Below, piece after piece: positions 27,619 through 38,123 of a DNA stretch of 55,327 bases. The notes beneath the pieces are model-generated. The model was not told the DNA's origin. It worked only from the letters and a program-made list of their open reading frames with translations, and did no database searches. Source of the stretch: Acidobacteriota bacterium (lineage in GTDB: Bacteria > Acidobacteriota > Terriglobia > Versatilivoradales > Versatilivoraceae). The stretch lies in contig VXMN01000112.1 in NCBI GenBank assembly GCA_009841055.1, forward strand, positions 1 through 55,327, read 5' to 3'. The position numbers were made by a program, and so were the translations under genes. Every line of letters begins with the position of its first letter. Position 1 is the stretch's first letter.

Positions 27619-27996
27619 TTAGTAGAAGTGGGATTCCTCCAGAAGACCTTCTTCCTGTTTCTCCTGGCAGCTAATGCAGTAGCGCGTCCAGGGAACCGCC
27701 TCCAGCCTTCTGGCTTGAATGGCGTTTCCACAGGCGGCGCACACGCCGAACGAGTCGGTGCCGACCCTGGACAGGGCCTCGTCCACCAGTTGCATGATGG
27801 AGCGTTCGCTGCTGCTGTGGCTGAAGAGAAACTCCTTGGTGTAGGAGCTGGCCGCCTTGTCGGCAACGTCCTGGGAACTCTCCTCGTCCGCCTCCCGGCC
27901 ATACTGCTCCGTTTTGGAGACCATCCGGTATAGCTCTTCTTTCTTTGTCAGCAGCATTTTCCTGAAGTGGTCCAGCTTCTTGCCGTCCATGACCAT
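27619..27996 (-). CDS. dksA: DksA/TraR-family C4 zinc-finger transcription factor
   Basis: 125-aa ORF with a coiled-coil N-terminal part and the C4 finger CAACGNAI...CISCQE. Confidence 0.88.
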   Translation of the reverse strand: MVMDGKKLDHFRKMLLTKKEELYRMVSKTEQYGREADEESSQDVADKAASSYTKEFLFSHSSSERSIMQLVDEALSRVGTDSFGVCAACGNAIQARRLEAVPWTRYCISCQEKQEEGLLEESHFY

Positions 27997-28097
27997 GCCA
28001 TCCGAACGCGTTGCTGAGACGATGACGGCCCTGCCGACCTGCCGGGCAGCGGCAACGAAATCGGGAATACTACCCCAAAAATGCGGTAAACCCCAAA

Positions 28098-28559
28098 CTA
28101 TTTGTGATAGGGAATGCGATGGACCAGGGTGAAGGCCCGATAAATCTGCTCCAGGAGCAACAGGCGCGCAATCTCGTGGCTGAAGGTCATGGAAGACAGG
28201 GAAACGACCCGATGGCTGCGGCTCCGAACCTCCTGCGACAACCCATCGGGTCCCCCAAGGACAAATACCAGCCTCTTCAGGGAGTGTTCCCTCCTGTCGG
28301 CGATGAGTCGGGCAAATTTGTCCGTATTCATGGACTGGCCCCTCGGGTCCATGGCAACCAGATAATCATCCCGGCCGAGTCCCTTGAGCAGTTGTCGCCC
28401 CTCGGCCTCGACTGCCCGGACCGGATCCTGAAACTCGACACCCTTGACTTCGGAAAGAGTCAGATCCACCAGGCCACCGACGCGAGCCTGGTAGTCGCCG
28501 ATGAGGGCCGCCAGATGAGGATTTCGGGTCTTTCCGATCCACCGCAGAATCAGTTTCAT
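28098..28559 (-). CDS. rlmH: 23S rRNA (pseudouridine1915-N3)-methyltransferase
   Basis: 153-aa SPOUT protein with a C-terminal ...FSHEIARLLLLEQIYRAF. It sits in the conserved rsfS-rlmH context. Confidence 0.92.
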   Translation of the reverse strand: MKLILRWIGKTRNPHLAALIGDYQARVGGLVDLTLSEVKGVEFQDPVRAVEAEGRQLLKGLGRDDYLVAMDPRGQSMNTDKFARLIADRREHSLKRLVFVLGGPDGLSQEVRSRSHRVVSLSSMTFSHEIARLLLLEQIYRAFTLVHRIPYHK

Positions 28560-28562
28560 GCC

Positions 28563-28967
28563 TCAGGACATTTGCGATAGCGAACCGGGGGGCGCCGTTG
28601 CGGAAGGGCTGGAGTCGTCAATCCTGCCGGCGCCGCGCCACAAGCGCTCCAGGTTGTAGTATGACCGCCTGTCCGGTGAAAAAATATGGACGACAAACTC
28701 CGAATAATCCATCAGGATCCACTGTGCCTGCCGGTAGCCCTCAATGTGGTCGGGGGTCTTTCCGGCTTTCTTCAGTCTGATCTCGATCTCGTTGGAGATC
28801 GCCTGGATCTGGGGAGCCGAGCTTCCCGAACAAATGATGAAGAAATCGGTAAAGGCCGCCATCTCCCTGAGATCCAGAACAGCGAGATCGAGCGCCTTTT
28901 TGTCCCGGGCGGCTTCAAACGCACAACTGAGGAGGGGTTCGTCTATGTTCAATAAACTAGTCTCCAC
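28563..28967 (-). CDS. rsfS: Ribosome silencing factor RsfS
   Basis: 134-aa ORF with FTDFFIICSGSSAPQIQAI and WILMDYSEFVVHIF motifs, downstream of nadD. Confidence 0.9.
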   Translation of the reverse strand: METSLLNIDEPLLSCAFEAARDKKALDLAVLDLREMAAFTDFFIICSGSSAPQIQAISNEIEIRLKKAGKTPDHIEGYRQAQWILMDYSEFVVHIFSPDRRSYYNLERLWRGAGRIDDSSPSATAPPGSLSQMS

Positions 28968-29622
28968 TGTAGAGACGGTTCTTCCCGATGTATTCCAGCA
29001 CTGCCGGCGGCAGCATCTCCTTCACCGTCTGCCCTCGCCGAATCCGTTCCCGAACCTCCGAGGACGAAACCGGGTTGGAAAACTCACGATACAGATAGCA
29101 ACGACAATGCGGATCCAGGGGAATCGGGTTTCGGCCGTCGATCAAACAGACCGACCTGAGGAAGGCTTCGGGGATTCTCAGGGTCAGCCGGCTCTCATCG
29201 AAGCCGGGCCGGGCAAAGACTAGAAACCGGCAGAGCCGGGGAAGACTCTCGAAGTCCTTCCAGCTTGAAATATCCAGAAACGTATCGATGCCCAGGATGA
29301 AAAAAACTTCCGAGGCGGCTCCAAGCTTTTTCCTGAATTGCCGAATGGTGTCCACGGAGTAGGACTTCCCCTCCCGGCCATGCTCCAGACTGGAGGGAAC
29401 CAGGCGGGGCTGGTCGATCGCGGCCAGGGCCACCATGGCGTGGCGGTCCAGAAAATTGGCCTCGGTCCTTCGAGTCTTGTGAGGGGGCCGCACCGACGTC
29501 ACCAGGTAGACCCGCTCCAGGTCCGCCACCCTGAGGGCCGCCTGCGCGAGTTGGAGGTGCCCCTGGTGAATGGGGTCGAAGGTTCCGCCCAACAAGCCGA
29601 CTCGAACCGTCCGGTCATCCAT
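28957..29622 (-). CDS. nadD: Nicotinate-nucleotide adenylyltransferase
   Basis: ORF 28957..29697 trimmed to ATG 29622 ([22 protein letters not shown], the HxGH nucleotidyltransferase motif). C-terminal SSSEVR is present. Confidence 0.88.
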   Translation of the reverse strand: MDDRTVRVGLLGGTFDPIHQGHLQLAQAALRVADLERVYLVTSVRPPHKTRRTEANFLDRHAMVALAAIDQPRLVPSSLEHGREGKSYSVDTIRQFRKKLGAASEVFFILGIDTFLDISSWKDFESLPRLCRFLVFARPGFDESRLTLRIPEAFLRSVCLIDGRNPIPLDPHCRCYLYREFSNPVSSSEVRERIRRGQTVKEMLPPAVLEYIGKNRLYSGD

Positions 29623-30649
29623 TTGATCGATAGCCGCCTGCGGCAGGCGCGCCAAGCCTCTCCAACATTCCCCAGATTTTGACCTTGAGGGACTCAAGAC
29701 CCTGACCCGTAACCGCGGAAATGGAGTGACAATCCAGGCCGCGCTCCCGCGCCGCCCTGTTCAGCGACTCCAGGTGATTCGAATCGTCCATGGCATCGAT
29801 CTTGGAGGCGACCACCAGGGTGGGCTTCCGGAGCATTTCCGGATTGAAGGCGGCCAGTTCCCGATTGACGGTCTCGTAGTCGACTGCCGGATCGCGCCCA
29901 TGGTCTCCCGCCAGATCCACCAGGTGGAGAAGCACCTTTGTCCGTTCGATATGCCGCAGAAACTGGATGCCAAGTCCCTGCCCAAGGTGGGCTCCCGCAA
30001 TCAACCCCGGAATGTCGGCGACCACAAAGCTCCGGTAGTCTTCCAGTTCAACCACTCCAAGGTTCGGCTGCAGGGTGGTGAACGGGTAGTCTGCGATCTT
30101 GGGCCTGGCAGCCGAAAGGCGAGAGATCAGGGTGGACTTCCCCACATTGGGAAAGCCGACCAGTCCGACGTCGGCCAGAAGCTTCAATTCCAACTTGAGC
30201 TCGAGGCCCTCTCCAGGGAAACCGTACTCGAACCGGCGTGGAGCCTGGTTCACCGAGCTGGCGAACTGCGCGTTGCCCCTGCCTCCGCGTCCCCCCCGAC
30301 ACAGGAGAATTTTTTCGTCGGCAACCAGAAAGTCATGAACCAGTTCACCACTGCCCCTGTCGCGGGCAACGGTGCCGACCGGTACGGTCAGAGTCAGATC
30401 CGGGGCGTCTTTGCCGTGACATTTGCTTCCAAGACCATGGGTTCCCCGCCCGGCCCGAAACACTCTCTTGTATCGGTACTGGATCAGAGTGTTGTGGCGC
30501 ATGGAGGCCTGCATATAGATGTGCCCCCCGCGCCCTCCGTCGCCACCGGCAGGCCCTCCTCGGGGAACGAACTTTTCCCGCCGGAAGGCAACGCAGCCGC
30601 ATCCGCCGTCTCCAGCCCTGACACTGATGGAAGCTTCATCCAGAAACAT
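29615..30649 (-). CDS. obg: GTPase Obg/CgtA
   Basis: 344-aa ORF with the Obg fold N-terminus [27 protein letters not shown] and G motifs GFPNVGKST and DIPGLI. Confidence 0.95.
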   Translation of the reverse strand: MFLDEASISVRAGDGGCGCVAFRREKFVPRGGPAGGDGGRGGHIYMQASMRHNTLIQYRYKRVFRAGRGTHGLGSKCHGKDAPDLTLTVPVGTVARDRGSGELVHDFLVADEKILLCRGGRGGRGNAQFASSVNQAPRRFEYGFPGEGLELKLELKLLADVGLVGFPNVGKSTLISRLSAARPKIADYPFTTLQPNLGVVELEDYRSFVVADIPGLIAGAHLGQGLGIQFLRHIERTKVLLHLVDLAGDHGRDPAVDYETVNRELAAFNPEMLRKPTLVVASKIDAMDDSNHLESLNRAARERGLDCHSISAVTGQGLESLKVKIWGMLERLGAPAAGGYRSNG

Positions 30650-30725
30650 CCCGGCTCCAAAAACAAAATCCCCTGCCGTGAACTTCCATCGTCCACACCA
30701 GGGGATTCATCCGGATCAGGTTTTT

Positions 30726-30986
30726 CTATTCAGCCGCGGGATAGATGCTGACAAACCGACCTTTTCGTCCCTTGTTTTCAAACTTCACCTGCCCACTGAT
30801 GCGGGCAAAGAGCGTGTCGTCCTTTCCGAGACCCACATTGGCGCCAGGCTTGATTCTGGTTCCCCGCTGGCGGACCAGTATGGAACCGCCGGTGACCTGC
30901 TGGCCGTCGAATCGCTTGACGCCTAGCCGCTGAGCATTGGAATCGCGGCCATTTCGGGAACTGCCCACCCCTTTTTTGTGCGCCAT
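30726..30986 (-). CDS. rpmA: 50S ribosomal protein L27
   Basis: 86-aa ORF beginning [24 protein letters not shown]. Confidence 0.97.
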   Translation of the reverse strand: MAHKKGVGSSRNGRDSNAQRLGVKRFDGQQVTGGSILVRQRGTRIKPGANVGLGKDDTLFARISGQVKFENKGRKGRFVSIYPAAE

Positions 30987-30999
30987 GGGTTCTCCTCCT

Positions 31000-31326
31000 T
31001 CAACCTTCCTGTGATTCGGTCTTAATGGCGTCTATTTTGACGGCGGTGAAATCCTGGCGGTGCCCCCGCAGGACCCGATACTGTTTTCTACGCTTGAATT
31101 TCAGCACGCGAATCTTCTTGGCTCTGCCGGTCTCGACCACCGTCCCCAGGACCCTGGCCTTGTCAATGGTGGGACGACCGATGGTGTGCTGCTCCTCGTC
31201 CTGAATGGCCAGCACCTTGTCGAATTCAACCTGATCGCCTACCTGCTCCTCCATCTTGTCGAGGCGAACAATTTCTCCAGGGGTTACCCGATACTGCTTG
31301 CCTGCGGCCTTGATCACTGCGTACAT
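31000..31326 (-). CDS. rplU: 50S ribosomal protein L21
   Basis: 108-aa ORF beginning [14 protein letters not shown]..., upstream of rpmA. Confidence 0.97.
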   Translation of the reverse strand: MYAVIKAAGKQYRVTPGEIVRLDKMEEQVGDQVEFDKVLAIQDEEQHTIGRPTIDKARVLGTVVETGRAKKIRVLKFKRRKQYRVLRGHRQDFTAVKIDAIKTESQEG

Positions 31327-31407
31327 GACACCTCGCTCCGTGGCCCGAGATTATAAGGGGACCTCTTCGAACCTGTCAACGTTCAGGGGCGGCTGCCGAG
31401 CCCCGAT

Positions 31408-32268
31408 TCAATCCGGATCGTCCGATCCGTCCCGGTCCGCGAACTCCACCTCGACCCGCCGATCGATTACCCCCTCCCGGTAACCCCGATCCAGCAGCAA
31501 CCGTACCGCGCGACGCTCGGCTGCCCCATAGCCCAGAGTCCTTTGATTCACGTACATGCCCACGAATCGGTCCGCCAGGCGCGGGTCCATGTCCCTGGCA
31601 AAGCTCATGGCATAGTCCAGGGCCTGGGCACGGTGGTCCAACCCATATTGAATACTCTGCTTGAGGATCCGGGCAATCCGTCCGATGGCTGCCGGCCCCA
31701 GATCCTTGCGAATGGCATTGCCGCCCAGGGGCAACGGCAGGCCGGTTTCCCGGTGCCACCACTCCCCCAGGTCGATCACGGCGTGCAGGCCCAGGCTGGA
31801 ATAGGTCAACTGGCCCTCGTGAATAATCAGTCCGGCATCGGCACGATCCTCGGCCACCGCCTCGAATATCCGGTCGAAGGGAACCACCACGGGCGTGAAG
31901 TCGGGCTGAAAGAGCCTCATGATCAGAAAGGCGGAGGTCATGGTGCCGGGGATGGCAAGGACCTTGCCCTTGAGTTCCCCGGGCTCCATCGGTTTCTTGG
32001 AAACCACCAGGGGGCCGTAGCGATACCCCATGCTGGCCCCGCTGTCCAGCAGGCTGTATCGATCGTGCAAAAAGGCATAGGCGTGAAAGGAGATGGCCGT
32101 GACCTCGTAGCGGCCTTCCAGTGCCCTTCGATTCAGCGTCTCGATGTCCTTCAGGACGTGACGGAACTCGAACCCGCCGCTGTCGATGCGGTTCTTCGCC
32201 AGCGCATAGAACATGAAGGCATCGTCCGAGTCCGGACTGTGGGCTACGGTGATCAATTGACCCGGCAT
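31408..32268 (-). CDS. MqnA/MqnD-family menaquinone (futalosine pathway) biosynthesis protein, MqnD-like
   Basis: 286-aa ORF. The N-terminal HSPDSDDAFMFYAL resembles the MqnD SPCPNDTFIFYAL motif. It has a periplasmic-binding-protein-like fold family. Confidence 0.7.
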   Translation of the reverse strand: MPGQLITVAHSPDSDDAFMFYALAKNRIDSGGFEFRHVLKDIETLNRRALEGRYEVTAISFHAYAFLHDRYSLLDSGASMGYRYGPLVVSKKPMEPGELKGKVLAIPGTMTSAFLIMRLFQPDFTPVVVPFDRIFEAVAEDRADAGLIIHEGQLTYSSLGLHAVIDLGEWWHRETGLPLPLGGNAIRKDLGPAAIGRIARILKQSIQYGLDHRAQALDYAMSFARDMDPRLADRFVGMYVNQRTLGYGAAERRAVRLLLDRGYREGVIDRRVEVEFADRDGSDDPD

Positions 32269-32641
32269 GGTGAAAAACGCTCCTGGAGGATCGACACCCC
32301 CGCGTGCATGGAAGCTTCCTGCTGAATGCTTCCGGCAGCGCTACCGGCCGCCGGAAGAGCAGGGTATCTTAGTCTTAAACCCAGCATGGACGCAATTCAA
32401 ACCGGGCTTGGGCCTCAGCCTCCATGTCTCTTTAGAAGCTGGCCGTATGCCCAAAAAATCCTGTGCATCCTGTGCATCGATGTTAATAAACCAGGAATGA
32501 GCCACTATGGTCTTATAAACAGCACGAGAAGCCGGTGTGCAGCCAGCAGAGAGTTCCGGGCGATTTTTTTGAGAGACCAGCCGGGCGGACCCGGCCCTGT
32601 GGTAAGATTCCCGGTTTTCTGCGAAATCAGCGCCCACGATC

Positions 32642-33454
32642 ATGCCCTTTCTCGATCTCTCCACTGGGGTCCGTGTCCACTATGAACGCCAGGGAACAGG
32701 GCCGCCTCTGATCCTGATCATGGGCACCGGACTGGACTGCTCCTGCTGGACCTCCCAGGTAGAAGCGTACCGGAAGGAATTCGACTGTATCCGCTTCGAT
32801 AACCGCGGCGCGGGAAAGACCGAGGCTCCTCCGGCCCCGCTGAGCGTCCCGCTTATGGCCGAGGATACGGCAGCACTGCTACATTCCCTGGAAGCCGGTC
32901 CTGCCCACGTCTCCGGGTTGTCTCTGGGTTCCTGCATCGCCCAGGAACTGGCCTTGAAACACCCCGAGCTGGTCCTGACCCTGCAGCTCCATGGGACCTG
33001 GGGACGAGCGCACGGATACGCCGCCAGAAAATTCAGGGCTCAGCTCAAGTTGCTGGAGACGCTCGATCTTGCCACCTTTTACGCCATCAACGTGTTGTGG
33101 TTCATCACCCCGGAAACCATGCACCGCCATCCCGATCGGGTGGAGCGGCAAATTCGCCACATCGTCAGCAACCTGCCGGATCGCGAACTGCTCAGGCAAC
33201 AGTACCAGGCAGACCTGGATCATGACGCCCTGGGGCGTCTCCATGAGATCAAGGTCCCGACTCTGATCACGGTGGGAAGCTTTGATCTCGCCCTTCCCCC
33301 GATGTATGCTCAAGAGGTCGCCGCCGCCATCCCCGACAGCGAGCTGGTGGTCTTTCGGGATGGCGGCCATCTGCACAACATCGAGCGGCCGGAAGAATTC
33401 AATCGCGTAACGCTGGACTTTCTCCACCGCCACCGGGCGCCGCTGTCCGGCTGA
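32642..33454 (+). CDS. Alpha/beta hydrolase (3-oxoadipate enol-lactonase-like)
   Basis: 270-aa ORF with the nucleophile elbow GLSLGS and C-terminal GGHLHNIERPEEF. Confidence 0.85.
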   Translation: MPFLDLSTGVRVHYERQGTGPPLILIMGTGLDCSCWTSQVEAYRKEFDCIRFDNRGAGKTEAPPAPLSVPLMAEDTAALLHSLEAGPAHVSGLSLGSCIAQELALKHPELVLTLQLHGTWGRAHGYAARKFRAQLKLLETLDLATFYAINVLWFITPETMHRHPDRVERQIRHIVSNLPDRELLRQQYQADLDHDALGRLHEIKVPTLITVGSFDLALPPMYAQEVAAAIPDSELVVFRDGGHLHNIERPEEFNRVTLDFLHRHRAPLSG

Positions 33455-33571
33455 AACAGGACCGAGCCACCACGCAATCGGCCGGCCTCGTGCGTCGCCG
33501 ATCGCGGGCTTAACGCCGGCTCCTCCGGGGCCGACCGGCCGAACTCGAATCCGGGAGTTCCCGCTTCTCTC

Positions 33572-34729
33572 ATGAACAGTCGAGCCCTGACCCAATTGAC
33601 GGCCGAGGAGGAGATGTTCCGGGATGCCGTTCGCGACTTCGCGCGCTCCGAGATCGGTCCCCGCGTCAAGGAAATGGACGTGCGGGAGAAGTTCGACCCC
33701 GGTCTCCTGCGGCAATTTTTCGAATTGAACCTGATGGGCATTCAGATTCCCCAGGAGTGGGGGGGAGCCGACGGCAGCTTCTTCATGTCCGTCCTGGCGG
33801 TGGAAGAGCTGTCTCGGGTGGACCCTTCTGCCGCCGTGATCGTGGACGTCCAGAATACGCTGGTCAACAACGCCCTGCTGAACTGGGGCAACCAGGCACA
33901 GAAATCCCGCTATCTTCCCCGTTTGGCCACCGGCTCGGTGGGAGCCTACGCGTTGTCGGAGGCGGCCGCCGGCAGCGATGCTTTTGCACTCCGGACCCGG
34001 GCGGTGGAAAAGGACGGCGCCTATTTTCTGAGCGGCCAGAAGCTATGGACCACCAATGCCCTGGAGGCCGACCTCTTCATTCTGTTCGCAACCCTCGACC
34101 CCGGCCTGGGGTACCGGGGAATCACCGCCTTTCTCATCGAAAAGGACTTCCCCGGGTTCTCGGTGGGCAAGAAGGAAGAGAAGCTGGGCATCCGCGCCAG
34201 CAGCACCTGCGAGCTGGTGCTGGACCATTGCCGGGTTCCTGCAGAAAATATCCTGGGCGAGCGCGGCAAGGGTTACAAGGTCTCCATTGAAACCCTCAAT
34301 GAAGGCAGAATCGGAATCGCGGCGCAGATGATCGGATTGGCTGCCGGAGCGCTCGAGCAGGCAATCCGCTACGCTGGAGAGCGGCAGCAGTTCGGGCAAT
34401 CGCTCTCCAGGTTTCAAGCGATACGATTCCAGATCGCCGAGCTCTCCACCGAGCTGGAGGCGGCCCGCCTGTTGACCTACAACGCGGCCCGGATGAAAGA
34501 CGCCGGCACGCCGTTTCTGAAGGAGGCGGCCATGGCCAAGTACTATGCCTCTCAGGCGGCCGAGCGGATTGCCTCCGAGGTGATCGAGATCTTTGGAGGT
34601 TACGGCTATACCCGAGACTACCCGGTCGAAAAATTCTTCCGGGACGCCAAGATCGGCAAGATCTACGAAGGAACCTCCTTCATGCAACTGGAGACCATTG
34701 CTCGTGCCGTGTTGAAGGATCGATCCTGA
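33572..34729 (+). CDS. Acyl-CoA dehydrogenase (short/branched-chain type)
   Basis: 385-aa ORF with ACAD signatures YALSEAAAGSDAF and a C-terminal QIFGGYGYTRDYPVEKFFRDAKIGKIYEGTS. Confidence 0.93.
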   Translation: MNSRALTQLTAEEEMFRDAVRDFARSEIGPRVKEMDVREKFDPGLLRQFFELNLMGIQIPQEWGGADGSFFMSVLAVEELSRVDPSAAVIVDVQNTLVNNALLNWGNQAQKSRYLPRLATGSVGAYALSEAAAGSDAFALRTRAVEKDGAYFLSGQKLWTTNALEADLFILFATLDPGLGYRGITAFLIEKDFPGFSVGKKEEKLGIRASSTCELVLDHCRVPAENILGERGKGYKVSIETLNEGRIGIAAQMIGLAAGALEQAIRYAGERQQFGQSLSRFQAIRFQIAELSTELEAARLLTYNAARMKDAGTPFLKEAAMAKYYASQAAERIASEVIEIFGGYGYTRDYPVEKFFRDAKIGKIYEGTSFMQLETIARAVLKDRS

Positions 34730-34730
34730 A

Positions 34731-35114
34731 ATGACTGACAAGACGGGACTTCTGATCATCGACCACGGAAGCCGCCGGCCCGAAGCCAATCGAGTGGTAC
34801 GCCAGGTTGCCGAAATGGTTCGCAAGGAGTCCCGTTTCGTGATTGTCCAGCACGCCCACATGGAACTGGCGGAGCCCACCATCCGACAGGGATTCGAGAC
34901 CTGTATGGCGGCCGGGGTGGACGCGATCGTGGTCCAGCCCTACTTCCTGGGTCCGGGAAGACACTCCACCAGCGACATTCCCAGGATGGTCCGGGAAGCA
35001 GCTCGAAACCACCCCCGGGTCACCATTCGCCTCGGCGCCCCGCTGGGACCCCATCCCAAAATGGGAGAACTGATCCTGGAGCGAATCAGGGAGGCAGAGG
35101 TCCTCTCCCACTAA
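34731..35114 (+). CDS. cbiX: Small sirohydrochlorin chelatase CbiX(S)/SirB-type
   Basis: 127-aa ORF with LLIIDHGSRR ... VVQPYFLGPGRHSTSDIP, typical of the single-domain CbiX. Confidence 0.8.
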   Translation: MTDKTGLLIIDHGSRRPEANRVVRQVAEMVRKESRFVIVQHAHMELAEPTIRQGFETCMAAGVDAIVVQPYFLGPGRHSTSDIPRMVREAARNHPRVTIRLGAPLGPHPKMGELILERIREAEVLSH

Positions 35115-35118
35115 ACCA

Positions 35119-36042
35119 ATGCAGAAGGCCAAGCCGCTTCAACCCGGGGACACGGTCGGCATTACAGCCCCGTCGGGGTGTGTCCAGCGCGAGGACCTGC
35201 TGCGCGGGATCTCGGAGATCCGGAGACTGGGCTACCGGGTACGCTACGACGACTCCGTCTTTTCCAGGCACCGCTACTTTGCAGGCTCACACCGGCAACG
35301 GGCGGAGTCGCTCGTCGACCTGTTCACCGACCCCGGGGTGAAGGCGATTTTTTGCGCCCGCGGCGGTTACGGCTGCCAATACCTGCTGGAACTGCTGGAT
35401 CGGGAGATTCTTCAGGCGCATCCCAAGATTTTCATGGGCTACAGCGATGTCACCGTCCTGCTGCAATTCCTGGAAAACCAGTGCGGCCTGGTCTGCTTCC
35501 ACGGTCCCATGGTGGCCAAGGAGTTCGCCCAGGGGGAGCCCTACTACGTTCGAGACAACCTGCTGCACTGTCTGACCGGAACTCGGCCCGGCCCGAGGCT
35601 CCACGCCCCCGACAGCCTGACTCTCCAGGCCGGAACCGCTCGCGGGCGCTTGACCGGGGGGTGCCTGTCTCTTCTGGTCGCCTCCCTGGGCACGCCCTAT
35701 GAACTGCAGTCTCAGGACAGGATTCTCTTTCTGGAGGACATCAACGCCAAGCCCTACCAGGTGGACCGGATGTTGATGCAGCTCAAGCTGGCGGGGAAGC
35801 TGAAGGGGGTTCGGGGCTTCGTCTTCGGCGAGTTGTTCGACGGCGGCCAGGCCCGGCAGGGGCCGGACATGCCGGAGATTGTCTTGAGCCTGTTGCAGGA
35901 ATTCCAGGTTCCCATCTGGTACGGACTGCATTCCGGACACACCAGCACCGGGTGCTTGACCCTTCCCTTCGGCGTGGAGGTTCGACTGGATGCCGGGCAG
36001 CGCTGGCTCCAGATCGAGGAAGCAGCCGTGGACGCGGGATGA
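35119..36042 (+). CDS. ldcA: LD-carboxypeptidase (muramoyltetrapeptide carboxypeptidase, S66)
   Basis: 307-aa ORF with motifs IFCARGGYG, GYSDVT and LHSGH. It is adjacent to mpl, a peptidoglycan-recycling pair. Confidence 0.88.
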   Translation: MQKAKPLQPGDTVGITAPSGCVQREDLLRGISEIRRLGYRVRYDDSVFSRHRYFAGSHRQRAESLVDLFTDPGVKAIFCARGGYGCQYLLELLDREILQAHPKIFMGYSDVTVLLQFLENQCGLVCFHGPMVAKEFAQGEPYYVRDNLLHCLTGTRPGPRLHAPDSLTLQAGTARGRLTGGCLSLLVASLGTPYELQSQDRILFLEDINAKPYQVDRMLMQLKLAGKLKGVRGFVFGELFDGGQARQGPDMPEIVLSLLQEFQVPIWYGLHSGHTSTGCLTLPFGVEVRLDAGQRWLQIEEAAVDAG

Positions 36043-36114
36043 ATCCCGGCGACTCCCTTCTCAACCGGAGGCATGGCTCCACCCAATCGCCCACCCCATT
36101 GGAGAAGTCCGCCC

Positions 36115-37533
36115 ATGGTTGATTTTCTCCGAGGCGTCGGACACATCCACCTGGTCGGCATCTGCGGCACGGCCATGGCCTCGCTGGCGGGCATGCTCCA
36201 GCAGAAGGGGTTCCGTGTCAGCGGCTCCGACCGGAATGTCTATCCTCCCATGTCCACCTTCCTGCAGGATCGGGGCATCCCCATCCTGGAGGGTTTTTCC
36301 GAATCCCATCTCAGTCCCCGTCCCGACCTGGTGGTGATCGGGAATGCGGTCTCCCGGGGCAATCCGGAAGTGGAGGCGACGCTGGATGAGAAGATTCCCT
36401 ACCGCTCCCTGCCGGAAATCCTCAAGGAAGTCTTTATCCGGGGGAAGACCTCGGTGGTGGTGGCGGGCACTCATGGAAAGACCACCACCGCGGCCCTGCT
36501 GACCTGGTTGCTGGAGTCCGCCGGACTGCGGCCATCCTTTCTGATTGGTGGCATTGCCCGCAACTTCAATACCAGCTTTCGGGTGGCCGATGGAGAGCAT
36601 TTCGTGATCGAAGGAGACGAATACGACACCGCCTTCTTCGACAAGGGTCCCAAGTTCCTGCACTACTTGCCCGATGTGGTCATCTTCAACAACTGCGAGT
36701 ACGACCACGCCGATATCTATCCCGATTTTTCGGCGGTCAAACAGAGTTTCCGGCGACTGCTGAACATTATCCCTTCCAGGGGAGCCTTGATCGCGGGCTG
36801 GGACGATGCGGTGGTTCGCGAGCTGAGCGCCGATTCGCCCACCAACGTCATTTCCTTCGGACTCGACCGGGCCGCCCAATGGACTGCGCCTTCCATCCGG
36901 TTTCTGGAACAGTCCACCTGCTTCCAGGTGCTTCAGGACGGCAAGGACCGGGGACGGTTCGAGGTTCCGCTCGCAGGGAGCTTCAATGTCAGGAATGCGC
37001 TGGCGGCCCTGGCCTGCGCCCACCGACTGGGCTTGTCCCGGGACGCCATTGCCGCGGGACTGGGCTCTTTCAAAAACGTGAAGCGACGCCTGGAGATCCG
37101 TGGCCAGGCAGCCGGAATCACCGTCTTCGACGATTTCGCCCACCATCCCACGGCCATTGCCGCCACCCTGGCAGCCGTCAGGAAGCAATTTCCTCAAAAC
37201 CGTGTGTGGGCGATTTTCGAACCCCGGTCCGCAACTGCCCGCCGGCGGGTGTTTCAGAGCCAATTTTCCCGTTGTTTCGCCGATGCCGACCACGTAATAT
37301 TGTGCTCGGTCTTCGCTCCGGAGAAGCTGGCCCCCGACCTTCGGCTCGACCTGGACCGGTTGGTGCGAGACCTCAGGAAGCAGGGCCGGGACGCACACTG
37401 TTTTCCAACGGCCGGCGAGATCGTCAAACAGATCGCCCCCCGCCTTCAAACGGGTGACAAGGTGGTGATCATGTCCAACGGGGGCTTCGACGGCATTCAC
37501 GCCAGGCTCCTGGCCGAGATTGCCCGGGATTGA
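36115..37533 (+). CDS. mpl: UDP-N-acetylmuramate:L-alanyl-gamma-D-glutamyl-meso-diaminopimelate ligase
   Basis: ORF 36073..37533 trimmed to ATG 36115. Motifs HLVGICGTAMASLA, GTHGKTTT and the Mpl-typical EGDEYDTAFFDKGPKFLHY are present. Confidence 0.9.
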   Translation: MVDFLRGVGHIHLVGICGTAMASLAGMLQQKGFRVSGSDRNVYPPMSTFLQDRGIPILEGFSESHLSPRPDLVVIGNAVSRGNPEVEATLDEKIPYRSLPEILKEVFIRGKTSVVVAGTHGKTTTAALLTWLLESAGLRPSFLIGGIARNFNTSFRVADGEHFVIEGDEYDTAFFDKGPKFLHYLPDVVIFNNCEYDHADIYPDFSAVKQSFRRLLNIIPSRGALIAGWDDAVVRELSADSPTNVISFGLDRAAQWTAPSIRFLEQSTCFQVLQDGKDRGRFEVPLAGSFNVRNALAALACAHRLGLSRDAIAAGLGSFKNVKRRLEIRGQAAGITVFDDFAHHPTAIAATLAAVRKQFPQNRVWAIFEPRSATARRRVFQSQFSRCFADADHVILCSVFAPEKLAPDLRLDLDRLVRDLRKQGRDAHCFPTAGEIVKQIAPRLQTGDKVVIMSNGGFDGIHARLLAEIARD

Positions 37534-37599
37534 GCTGCCGGTAACCGGAAGCAGCACCACCGTGACCCTTCTCGCTCGCCGAACGGCTATCCTCCCACT

Positions 37600-38040
37600 A
37601 TGAGTTCCCCGACACCAACCGGACACGTTCACCTTTCCTACTCGCTTATCTGCGACGATGTCCGCCTGGAAGCCGGAAACAAGCTCAGCATCATGGGGAT
37701 CTTTCAGGACATCTACCTGCCTTCGCTGCCCTCCACGGTGCTCCGCTTCGCCCTGTTGAATCACTGGGTGGGCCAGGGCCGGCATGAGACCCGGATTCAA
37801 CTGCTCTCGCCCGGCCGCGGCAAGACTCTCATGACGACCAGCCCCTCCAGTTTCTCCCTGGATGCGCGGAGCTTCGCCGACAACGTAACCCTCTTCAACA
37901 ACCTGGGTTTCTCGGAATATGGAACCCACATTCTGCAGGTCTACCTCGACGGCTTCATGGTGAAGGAACTGCCGTTGAACGTCTTGAAGCCCCCGACCTC
38001 CAGCCAGGAGCCCCCGACTTCCAGCATGAGGGTGAATTAG
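37600..38040 (+). CDS. Hypothetical protein (146 aa), no assignable function
   Basis: High third-position GC consistent with coding. Sequence MSSPTPTGHVHLSYSLICDDVRLEAGNKLSIMGIF... with a low-complexity PPTSSQEPPTSS tail. Confidence 0.6.
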   Translation: MSSPTPTGHVHLSYSLICDDVRLEAGNKLSIMGIFQDIYLPSLPSTVLRFALLNHWVGQGRHETRIQLLSPGRGKTLMTTSPSSFSLDARSFADNVTLFNNLGFSEYGTHILQVYLDGFMVKELPLNVLKPPTSSQEPPTSSMRVN

Positions 38041-38123
38041 CCCTGAATACGGTTGGTTGTCAACAACCATCGGCAGTTCCTTCCTCCGCCCCCTCGAGGA
38101 GCAAGAGCAATGGGAAGAGACGC

